Below, in pieces: positions 38,043 through 47,674 of a stretch of DNA of 64,000 nt (position 1 is the stretch's first letter; each line of letters opens with the position of its first letter). A program made the position numbers and the translations under genes. The DNA is from Lama glama. Lineage: Eukaryota. A model generated the notes under the pieces. That model was not told where the DNA came from. It was given only the letters and a program-made list of their open reading frames with translations, and searched no databases. The stretch is from the NCBI GenBank assembly GCA_028534125.1, contig CM052821.1, forward strand, positions 4,650,001 through 4,714,000, read 5' to 3'.

Positions 38043-38048
38043 AATAAA
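38043..38048 (+). terminator. ZNF385A: ZNF385A polyadenylation signal AATAAA
   Basis: First visible AATAAA after the stop, about 1.07 kb downstream (the UTR is partly in gaps). Confidence 0.8.
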
Positions 38049-38361
38049 GTCTGGATTCGTTGCCCTCCGTCCCCCAGACTCAGACTCTGAATCTTTGCCC
38101 GCTGTTTTGGGAGCAATTCCGCCAGGGGATGTATCTGTGTGATGAGGGGGGCCGGCACACAGGAAAGAGGGCCAAATGAGGAGGGGGACGGGAAAACGGA
38201 GGCGGGAGGAGGCAAGATCCGAGGCTTGCGCCAAGCGAGCAGAGCTCCCCATCCCTCTCACCCTAACTCCGGCCCGGCTCAAGTGTCAACTTGGCCCTGG
38301 GGAATCATTTCGAGTCCAGGTCTCGGATTGCAGCCATGGCTGTTGAGAATTCGCCGCAACT

Positions 38362-38376
38362 CCACCAGGCGGCGCC
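38362..38376 (+). promoter_or_regulatory. CTCF motif between ZNF385A and GPR84
   Basis: CCACCAGGCGGCGCC in a CpG-retaining patch. Confidence 0.6.
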
Positions 38377-39162
38377 AATGACATGGAAAAGAAGACTCCC
38401 GTAGGCTAAGACGCTCCTGTGTGTGTCTGGAGAGTCTAGGGAGACGGGTCTAGACCCGGTCTCAGACAAAGAAAAGAATCCAGGCTTTTGTGGGGAAAAC
38501 CCACGCCAGCGACACTCAAGGAGTGGGAAGAAGTGGAGTCAGGGACTTGAAAATCTGAACCAGGCTCTGCTCAGTCCTATACAAATAGTAACCTTGGGTT
38601 AGTAAGTCCTTATTCTCTCAGAAGCTCAGTTTTCCCATCTACAAAATGTTTGAGTCTCTTAAAAGTTCATTGAGACTTCACAGATCCAAGACCAAAGAGC
38701 TGGGACCGTGCCATTTACAGATATACTAGAATGCCTTCTTATCTGATTCCCTAAATGGTCTGCGGAACAGTAGAGCACACTCTGCATGCTGCTTTGCAGA
38801 TCATGTGAGGGCAAGGGGTCTTCTCTTTATCTCCAGAATTCCATTCAACCACACACTCCCAAGAGCAGCCAGTGATTCTGTGACCCCTTGCCTCTAGCCC
38901 TGCTGGGTGGCAAGAAGTTCAAACAAGAAAGGCCAGACCAGAACCCAGCTACGTGGGGTCTTCCTGAATTGCGTCTTCATTGCTCACTTCCACCTCTCTA
39001 CCCACTTCCCAGTCCTGCAGAAGAAAGGGGGAAGGAAGGTGGAATGAGGACTGTTAAAGAGGAAGGAGGGGGGAATATGGGCCTCCTGGGTTAGTCAGTG
39101 ATGAAGTTGGGGGTCGGAGTTTGCCGTAGGTTCAGAAATGAAGCCAACAAGCAGTTTAGGGG

Positions 39163-39165
<3 letters not shown>

Positions 39166-39199
<34 letters not shown>
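39166..39199. repeat. (TG)17 microsatellite
   Basis: Directly visible. Confidence 0.95.
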
Positions 39200-39200
<1 letters not shown>

Positions 39201-39489
39201 TTTTTTGTTTTGTTTCCCCTTTTTTTAACCCAGGTCGATTTAGCTAAAAAAAAAAAAAGCAGAGACTGCAGATCTAGAAGTCTGAGAGACTGGAGTGGCC
39301 GGATAGGAGAGTAGACAGAGAAAAGCAGAAACTAGGGTCACATGTGGGAAGAGAGAGGGGGGCTGGAAGAAATTGGGGTTAAAGGGGCTGAGATATTAGC
39401 ATGTCCCACTGGCACCTCAAAACTGGTGTAAAGCTGAGTTGTGATTTAGCCATTCCCTAAGCCTGCTCTGCATCCCACATTTCTGATCT

Positions 39490-39633
39490 CTAAATTTTTT
39501 TAAATAATTTTTTGGAGTGGGGAGATAATTAGGTCTATTTATTTATTTTTTTAAATGGCGGTACTGGGGATTGAACCCCTGACCTCATGCATGCTAGGCA
39601 CACACTCAACCACTGAGCTATATCCTCCCCCCC
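39490..39633 (-). mobile_element. tRNA-Ala-derived SINE (camelid vic-1 type)
   Basis: Reverse complement reads GGGGAGGATATAGCTCAGTGGTTGAGTGTGTGCCTAGCATGCATGAGGTCAGGGGTTCAATCCCCAGTACCGCCA followed by an A-rich tail; A and B boxes present. Confidence 0.85.
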
Positions 39634-39793
39634 AATCTCATTGATTAAGAGAACCACCATCTACCTGGAAAATGGCATCCGTCTAGTCTCCCCTTCTCCT
39701 AACCCAATAAGTCATTAAGTCACTCCTATTTGAACTCTTAATGACCTATGGATCCTGATCGTTGTTCTCTGTTCCCACAACTACTGCCCTAAC

Positions 39794-39961
39794 CAGAGCC
39801 AGCTACATCATTTGTGGGGCCCAGCGCAAAATGAAAAAGCAGGACCCTATGTTCAAAAAGGATCTCAGGGCTAACAGCCTAGTATTAAACCAAGCACCAG
39901 ACCCTTCTTAGTGCGAGGCCCTGTGCAATTACAGGCTCAGGTGCTCATGAAGCCAGCCCTG
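39794..39961 (-). mobile_element. MER45A-like hAT-Tip100 DNA transposon fossil
   Basis: Terminal inverted repeats cagagccagctacat / atgaagccagccctg; internal tggggcccagcgcaaaatgaaaa; 8-bp TSD gccctaac / gccctgac (7 of 8 match). Confidence 0.8.
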
Positions 39962-40248
39962 GCCCTGACTCAGGCCCTGCCCACCCCTCATCTGAACTAG
40001 TGCCTCTTTACCGCTCTCTCCCTTCTGGCCTGCATGCTTTCACTCCTTACTCACAGCTAGCTGAGTGTTAATCTCCCCATCACCTCTATGAGTCTTATTC
40101 CCTTTGTCCCGGGTGTCCTTCTACGTGTCTCCTCCAAAAACTCCTGTTCATCATTCAAAATCCAGTTCAGGTATCTCTGTGAACCCTTTCCTGATCCCCT
40201 TGTAGGCAGTTCACTCCTTCTCCCTACATACTCTGATATACTCTACAG

Positions 40249-40598
40249 CAAGAGTCAGCAAACTTGTTCTTAAAGGGCCAGATAGTAAGTATTTTAGGTT
40301 GTATTGACCAAGAGGCAAAACTGAGGGTATCGTGTAGGTACTTACACGACCATTTAAGGTGTGGGTACAGCTCAGTGGCAGAGCATGTGCTTGGCGTGCA
40401 CAAGGTCCTGGGCTGAATCCCCAGTGCCTCCCTTAAGGGAAAAAATAATAATATATTAAATTAAAATAAATATGAAAAAATTTTAATAAACAAAATGTAA
40501 TCATTTTTAAATGAAGGAAAACATTCTCAGCTCACGGGCCATATAATGACAGAGGGTGAGGCAGATCTGACCCAAAGGCCAAGATTTGCCCACCCCTG
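40249..40598. mobile_element. MER58C-like hAT-Charlie DNA transposon fossil (split by a SINE)
   Basis: Ends caagagtcagcaaact...aaagggccagatagtaagtattttagg and ...tttgcccacccctg; internal gaggcaaaa...gtaggtactta. Confidence 0.8.
40358..40490 (+). mobile_element. tRNA-Ala-derived SINE (vic-1 type) nested in MER58C
   Basis: GGGTACAGCTCAGTGGCAGAGCATGTGCTTGGCGTGCACAAGGTCCTGGGCTGAATCCCCAG plus an AT-rich tail, interrupting the MER58C body. Confidence 0.85.
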
Positions 40599-41049
40599 GT
40601 TTGGAGAACCAATTAGGCATTTATATATTTGCCTATCTGTCTCCTCTGCTAGACAGTGCACAAGCCCACATACCATACCTTCTTGTATCCCCAGGGTCTA
40701 GTTCAGAATCTGACACATAGTAGGCACTCAATTCTTATTTTTGGTGAGTGAATGGATGAACAAATCAATGACTGAACGGGAGCCTGAGCCCCTGTGGGGA
40801 TGGAAAGTCAGAATCCTAGCTGTTTCATTTCCCACCTTTCTTCATCTGATTCCTCTTCTCAGATGTGAACCATCTCCAAGTTCTGGACAGACAGAAGGCA
40901 GGGTTCTCCCAAAACAAACGCAAGGCTTCTGGGGTGCCTAAAGTCACACCTGGAACTTGGTCTCGTCCTTTGGCCCCCTAAGAAGTGGCCCAGATATTCT
41001 GATGTTCTCTGTCTCTGTGTTCCTACAATTCTTGACCATGATCTTATAG

Positions 41050-41129
41050 GTGTTCTGCCAGGCAAAGAGAGGAAGGAAACAGAGCTTGGGTTTCAGGAAG
41101 GAGAAAGGAAAGAGTGAGCCACCTCTGAG
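41050..41129 (+). other. GPR84: GPR84 non-coding first exon (5' end approximate)
   Basis: Consensus donor GAG|gtaagt at 41129/41130 pairs with the acceptor at 41813/41814, 8 nt before the ATG. Matches the known two-exon structure of GPR84. Confidence 0.7.
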
Positions 41130-41821
41130 GTAAGTAGTAGGGAAATTTCAACAGGGAAGCCCAGATTTCGCTAGCTAAAATCTAGATGAATAGAACAGAG
41201 GCAAGGGAGGAAGTGGCTGAGGTTGAGTAACTGGGGAGTTTCGTATTATTTCTGTCCAGTATAATAGGAGACATGAGAGCAGAGCACCTCCTTGTCTGAA
41301 GCCTGGCTGCCCACCAGAAAGAACTGCTCTTGGGCGCGGTGGACTTCTGGAGAGAGATTTGAAGACTGGGAGACTTGGGTGACTACTTTTGTGGTGGGTG
41401 TACTTTTACATTCCCTGACTCCTCATCTCCCAGGTGGTAAAAACAGAAAAAACTGAGGCCTGGATGTGTGTGTGGCAGAGCAGGGCAGAGTCAGGGCAGC
41501 ATCCTGACTACAGAGGAGAGGGAACTCCTGGGTGGTCTTAAGGGACAAGGAAGGAATTAGAAAGGACAGAGGGTGCTGGTATTACTGAGAGGATCTGAGT
41601 GGATATTGAGAAGGCCTGGAGTATGGAGTAGACAGAAACTAAGAGTTAGATAAAAATTGGGGAAAATCTTTGAGAATGGGAAAGGAAGGGGTTAGGGATC
41701 CTGTGATGAAGAGGCCTGGGAAAGGCTCCAGAGGCTAGTGAGCTCCCGGAGCAGTTCCGGTTCAAGGTTAGGTTCTGACTCCCTCTTCCTCTTCTGTCCC
41801 CCACCCCTTCTAGCCTCCGTC

Positions 41822-43015
41822 ATGTGGAACACTTCTGATGCCAACTTCTCCTGCTACCATGAGTCCGTGCTGGGCTATCGTTACGTGGCAGTTACCTGGG
41901 GAGTGGTGGTGGCTGTGACGGGCACCGTGGGCAACGTGCTCACCCTCCTGGCCTTGTTAATCCAGCCCAAGCTCCGCACACGCTTCAACCTGCTCATCGC
42001 CAACCTCACAGTGGCCGATCTGCTCTACTGCACCCTTCTCCAGCCCTTCTCTGTGGACACCTACCTCCACCTGCACTGGCGCACCGGTGCCACCTTCTGC
42101 AGGATCTTTGGGCTCCTCCTTTTCACATCCAACTCCGTCTCTATCCTCACCCTCTGCCTCATCGCCCTGGGACGCTACCTCCTTATTGCCCACCCTAAGC
42201 TCTTTCCCCAGGTTTTCAGTACCAAGGGCGTAGTGCTGGCACTGGTGAGCACCTGGGTGGTGGGTGTGGCCAGCTTTGCTCCCCTCTGGCCTGTCTATAT
42301 CTTGGTGCCTGTAGTCTGCACCTGTAGCTTTGATCGCATACGTGGCCGGCCCTACACCACCATCCTCATGGGCATCTACTTTGTGGTTGGGCTCAGCAGT
42401 GTCGGCATCTTCTATTGCCTCATCCACCGCCAGGTGAAGCGAGCAGCGCAGGCGCTGGATCAGTACAAGCTGCGCCAGGCGAGCATCCGCTCCAACCATG
42501 TAGCTGGGACAGACGAGGCCGTGCCTGGTCGATTCCAGGAGCTGGACAGCGGGTTGGCATCAGGAGAGCCCAGCGAGAGGATTTCGTCTGAGCCAGCTAG
42601 TGCTGCCACCACCTCCCAGACCCTGGAAGGAGACTCATCAGAAGTGGGGGACCAGAGCAACAGCAAGGCAGCTAAGCAGATGGCAGAGACAAGCCCTCCG
42701 GCAGCGCCTGCCAAGGCCAGGCCAACCAAAGGAGCCCAGAGAGCTCAGGACTCTCCTTCAGAGTTTGGGAAGGTGACACGGATGTGTTTTGCTGTGTTCC
42801 TCTGCTTTGCCCTGAGCTACATCCCTTTCCTGCTGCTCAACATCCTGGATGCCAGGGTCCGGGCTCCCCGGGTTGTCCACATGCTTGCTGCCAACCTCAC
42901 CTGGCTCAATGGTTGCATCAACCCTGTGCTCTATGCAGCCATGAACCGCCAGTTCCGCCAGGCCTACAGCTCCCTCCTAAAACAAGGGCCCCAGAGTTTC
43001 CGTAGGTTCTACTAG
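41822..43015 (+). CDS. GPR84: G protein-coupled receptor 84 (medium-chain fatty acid receptor), 397 aa, single coding exon
   Basis: ORF MWNTSDANFSCYHESVLGYRY...; 7 TM class A GPCR with GN in TM1, GRY in place of DRY (typical of GPR84), ECL2 CSFDRIR, long ICL3 and NPVLY in TM7. The true ATG follows the acceptor cttctag| at 41813. Confidence 0.98.
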   Translation: MWNTSDANFSCYHESVLGYRYVAVTWGVVVAVTGTVGNVLTLLALLIQPKLRTRFNLLIANLTVADLLYCTLLQPFSVDTYLHLHWRTGATFCRIFGLLLFTSNSVSILTLCLIALGRYLLIAHPKLFPQVFSTKGVVLALVSTWVVGVASFAPLWPVYILVPVVCTCSFDRIRGRPYTTILMGIYFVVGLSSVGIFYCLIHRQVKRAAQALDQYKLRQASIRSNHVAGTDEAVPGRFQELDSGLASGEPSERISSEPASAATTSQTLEGDSSEVGDQSNSKAAKQMAETSPPAAPAKARPTKGAQRAQDSPSEFGKVTRMCFAVFLCFALSYIPFLLLNILDARVRAPRVVHMLAANLTWLNGCINPVLYAAMNRQFRQAYSSLLKQGPQSFRRFY

Positions 43016-43209
43016 AACCGTATCTCCAGTCACCAGAATCTGGGACTGTCTCCTCCAAAACTAAAGGAACCGAATGGTATGGAAATAGATGAAAGTAAGA
43101 CGTGTGGGAATTTTCATAGACAACCTCTCCCCAACCCCCCAAACCAGGCCCCTCCATCCCTTGCTCGACATTTAAACCCTAGGCTGCACCAGGTGCATTA
43201 TTAATTATT

Positions 43210-43215
43210 AATAAA
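43210..43215 (+). terminator. GPR84: GPR84 polyadenylation signal AATAAA
   Basis: AATAAA in an AT-rich stretch about 195 nt after the stop. Confidence 0.8.
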
Positions 43216-43934
43216 TGAATCCCATCCTTTTCATGATCAGGTGTGATTTGTGGGGAAGAAGGAAATAGGCCAGAGTTGGTTTGCTGCTGGAACTTAATAG
43301 TTAAAGATTTGGGAGACCTAGGTTAGAGCAGGGGCAGGAAGCAGGCGGCCTGGGACATGGTCATCAGCTGAGGAGTTTCCAGGTATAAAAATGTGAGCTG
43401 ATTTAAGAGGATTAGCCCAACTTTCTGTTTAACTACCCAGAAATGGCCCCTGCCTCTAACCACTGCTGCCAGGATTCCCAATCTCCACGAACAAGTTTCT
43501 CCAGTGCAAAAAGTTTTGTAATCCAGCTTTGATGGCCACTCCAGTGAATGCACCCCTACCCCCACCCCACCCACCGGCCCTGGCCCTGTCTTAAGAGAAT
43601 GGTCATGGAAGAGGACTCCTTGCTCTGTGAGATGGAACTGAACTTCACTGAGGCAATAGCAGATGTTCTAGGCAGGACTCTAGCTGCCTAGCAGGAGCAA
43701 GCTGATTGGAGCTAATTCATCTGGGCTCTGGTCTCTCACTTCCCCTAGACTTGCCCTTGTCATCCTGGGTTATGAAAGCAGAACAGAGACTCTAGTTAAG
43801 AAGGCTCAGGGGCCAGGCTGAGGGGAGATCATACCATTCCCTTCCTTCAGCATGACCGACATCCTGTTTCCCGTATGCGTGTGCCTGTGCATGCATGTGC
43901 CTGTGTATGCACACGTGCGAATTTAAAGCACCTG

Positions 43935-43953
43935 TGGCCACCAGGTGACGCTA
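43935..43953 (+). promoter_or_regulatory. CTCF motif downstream of GPR84
   Basis: TGGCCACCAGGTGACGCTA, one mismatch from the consensus TGGCCACCAGGTGGCGCTA. Confidence 0.6.
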
Positions 43954-44499
43954 GTTCTCTGTGCTTCCTTTCTGGCTTCCCTGTTGAGGACGAAAGGTGT
44001 CAGCAAGGCTGAGAGTCCAGAGATACCACCCCTCTCCTGGCCAGCATGGGTAGACCCAGGGATCTGCATCCCTCCCTCATCCCTAAAGCTTAGGAAGAAA
44101 AGTGAAGAATTAGACACTTATCATTCACAAGACACTTGTTGTCTACTTGGCTGGGGTGGAGAGAGCAAGATGGGCATTGGGAACAGAATGCTGAGAGTCC
44201 TTTTGATGGTGACGCTGCTCTGGGTGCATGCTGTCCCCTCCCAGCCCCCAAGTCCGTGGTTTGAGAGAACAAAGTGAAGTCCAAAGAGATTAAGATGAAG
44301 GGAGAAAGAACTCTAGTTGGGGTGAACAGATTGATACCCTCACATTTCAGGGCCCGGGAATCCTGCCTCCTAATGCAGAATGTGTGCTTCTGAGTGTCCT
44401 CCTCCCACAAAAACCACAACAGCCTATATACTGAGTCAAGTTCAGGTGATGGAGCCAGGGGCTCAGACAGGTGGGGTGAAGAACACCAATAAAGAACAT

Positions 44500-44850
44500 C
44501 AGTCTGGGAGTGTAGAGACCAGGGCTTCAGTCAAGGCCTCTCTGATTAGTTCTGTGAATTTGGGCAGGACCCTGGATCATTCTGGGCCTCAGGGTTTCCC
44601 ATCTGTACAAAAACAGAGGTGGGGTGCACTTTTAGCATGAGCTCAATGCTGTCCTAAACCCTGTAAACATATTGTTTTGTGTAATCCTCACAAAATTTAC
44701 CGTATCTATTATAATCTCTTTCCTACAAATGAAAAAAATTGAAGCACAAATTGGGTAAGCAATTTGTCCAAAGCCAAAGGGCTAGTAAGTGGTATGATTG
44801 TGATCTGAGAGCCAAGAGTCTAACTTTAGTACCAGTTCACATGTCTTAAG
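44500..44850. mobile_element. MIR fragments
   Basis: tctgggcctcagggtttcccatctgtac; acaaatgaaaaaaattgaagcaca...gctagtaagtgg. Confidence 0.6.
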
Positions 44851-47635
44851 TATTACAGGACCACAGCCTTTCTGCAAGTCGAATCAAGTGACCAGATGAT
44901 TCCTAAAAATCCTTCTTGCTCAGACCTTCTAAGATTCTGAAAGTTGAGAGTCCTCTGAAGGGTTGTAAAAGGCTTCACTTTTCATATTCCTTGAAGGCAG
45001 TTCAAAAGCTTTGGCAAGTAGAAAGGAGCAGCAATAGGGATTGAGGTTAGACCTCAGGAGGGACTTCCCGATTATCAATCACTGGAAAACATGACTCAGA
45101 GGACACAGGAGGAAACCCTGGAGTCTGAGATCAGAGGGGACAGATCTTAGCAAGTAAGCAACCACATCCTCTCTCACCCTTCAGAGTCCACGCACCTATC
45201 TCAGCCCCCCGCCCGCCCCTCCCTCCCCCCAAGTCTCGATAGCCTCTGAGTGAGGGAAAAGAGGCAAATTCTCTCTCAGGCTTTCTCCCTCTTGCGAGTG
45301 TGCCTGGCGACTGTGTGCCCGCGCACGCGGTCTCTCGTGGTGCCGAGCTCACGCGTGTCTCGGGGAAGTGTATGCGTTTGTCTTGGGGAAGCGCATCACG
45401 GGGGCCCTCCCGAGCGTGTCGGTGTCTGTCTCTGTTTTCTCTTTATCTCTGTCAGTTTCCCTCCCGAGCCCCAGCTCTATCGCTGACTTTCTGACGCTAT
45501 CTCTCAAGGCTCCTCTTTGTCTCTCTCCATCTGTCCGTCTCTCCTGCAGGCTGTCTTCGTCGCTTGTACCTACGTTATCGCCTTTTTTCTCCTGAGCTCG
45601 TTCTCTCCCGCCTGCCCCCCGCCCGCTCTCCCCGTGCGCCCTCCCCGGTCCCCCGCCCTGGCGGCTCTAGCTCGTCCGCACGCTCGCTNNNNNNNNNNNN
45701 NNNNNNNNNNNNNNNNNNNNNNNNNNNNNNNNNNNNNNNNNNNNNNNNNNNNNNNNNNNNNNNNNNNNNNNNNNNNNNNNNNNNNNNNNNNNNNNNNNNN
45801 NNNNNNNNNNNNNNNNNNNNNNNNNNNNAAACCGCCTTGACCCTGATTTATGGCTCGGGGGCGGCGGGGAGAGGGGGGCGCAGCTGGGGAGTGAGGATGC
45901 CCCTCCCCCTGCACCGCATCCGTCTCCCTCTCCCCTACTTTTTCTCCCCTTGCTCTCCCTCCCCTCAAGGAACCACACTCGCTCTACCTGTTCCTCAAGC
46001 CCTCTCCTCCCTTCTCTTTCATCCACCGGGAGGGGAAAATGGGGTGTGGTGGTGGTGGTGGGAACTGAAGCATACAAGGGGGTCAGAAGGGGTAAATAAG
46101 AACAGAGGAATCTGACGGATGGGGTAGGGTAGGGCAGGGAGAGAAAAGGAGATTGGAGAGGGAGAGAGGATCCTGAGCTGAAGAGCGAAGGGGAAACTGA
46201 GGGGGCGACAGAGAAAAATCTAAGCTGAGGAGAAAAGAAGACTGAGGGAACGAGGGGTGTGAGGAGAAGAAGGGAGAGACTGAAAAGAAAGGGCTCGTTT
46301 GAGGGGGCAAATGGGCAGAAGCGCGGAGATCTGGGCACTGACAGAGACTTTTCTTTCCAACCCTCTCTCCCCAGACTGAATGAGACGAAAATTTCCTCTT
46401 CAGACAATGGCTCTGAAAAGGGAGAGACTTGCAGGCGCAAAGACGTAGAGGAAAGCGCAACAGAGAGGAGAGAGAGGGGCAGGAAAGAACTGGAGGGAAT
46501 AGCAGGAAAAGAGGGAGGGAGAAAAATAGAGAACTAATGGAGAAGACAGAACTGAGGTTGGTTTTTATTGGGGGTGAGAAAAGGCTCATCTCCAGAGGAA
46601 CTACTGAGAGCCACAACTCCTGCTCCTCCTCTCAGTGAAGACCCCTGGGCGCCTGCCTGGGGGCAAGTCAGACACCTCCCCCAGGAGATGTTCTGCTTCC
46701 TCAAGTCTGCAATAGGCTCCCCTTCCCTACATCTCACTCCTCCCCCTTGCCCACCTCCCCAGTTAAATTTATGAGTTCAGGGCTGGCCTTCAGGAATTAG
46801 GAATATTTATGCTTCTTTGAGAGTGAGGTTTCGAAGGTGATAAATAAGGGGCTATGGGGGGGCAGCTGGGGGCTCCTATTTTTAGCATGGCCACTTTCCC
46901 AAGGCCCCCACCCACCAATTCCCTCTCATCCTGAGCCAGAGAAGGGAGCATTGAGGGAGGTGGGGAATGGGTTTCAGATATCAGGAAGGGGGTCTGACTA
47001 TCCTAAAGAGCCCCTCCAAGGACTGCAGCTTTGCAGCAGAAAGGATTGAAGGCAGATGGGGGAGGAACTTTCCAATGATCCTGGCATTCTTATAGCCCCT
47101 GGAGTGCAGTTACTGCATTTCTGCAGAAGATGGAGAGAAATGGGGGAGAGGCCAGTTTCCCCTCTGCCCCCCTAAACTCAGTTGCTGAGGAATAAGGGAG
47201 AGGAGCCAGGAAATTCAAAAGCAGGCCTCTCTGGCTTGTCACCTCCCTCACAGGGAGAGGAAGATTTGAAATCTCCCACCCCCCACAGACACAGCCTGGG
47301 TCCCTGGGAAAGGAGGCTAGGAATGTGGGGCTCAGGACATCTCCTAGGAGTCTCAGCCCCCAACCTGTCTTCCCCCCACTGCTGGCTGAGAATTAAATAC
47401 AGCTAGTAGTTCATGATACCCCTTGCCCTAGGCCTCCAAGAAATGAGGGAGGGAGAGAGGATCTGTCCTGTAGATCCACATGATTTCAGCCCTCAACTCC
47501 AGGAGCCATGTCTGTACAGCCCAGCCCAGGAGCTTGCTCTGGGCTTGGGAAGGTAGTGAACAAGAGGGGTGGGTGTCCATGATATAGGGGGATCTAAAGA
47601 GAACAGAGAGAGCTGGGGAAGAGCCACCGCCTCCC

Positions 47636-47638
<3 letters not shown>

Positions 47639-47672
<34 letters not shown>
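47639..47672. repeat. (AC)17 microsatellite
   Basis: Directly visible. Confidence 0.95.

Positions 47673-47674
<2 letters not shown>

Noticed and set aside
41738-41821. 28-aa N-terminal extension of GPR84 in the ORF track
   Set aside because: Starts at a GTG inside intron 1 and crosses the polypyrimidine tract and acceptor; the real ATG is at 41822.
42169-42177. GRY instead of DRY in GPR84
   Set aside because: This is the normal GPR84 family state, not a novelty.
41957-42499. 180-aa antisense ORF within GPR84
   Set aside because: Shadow ORF of a GC3-rich coding strand with no recognisable protein features.
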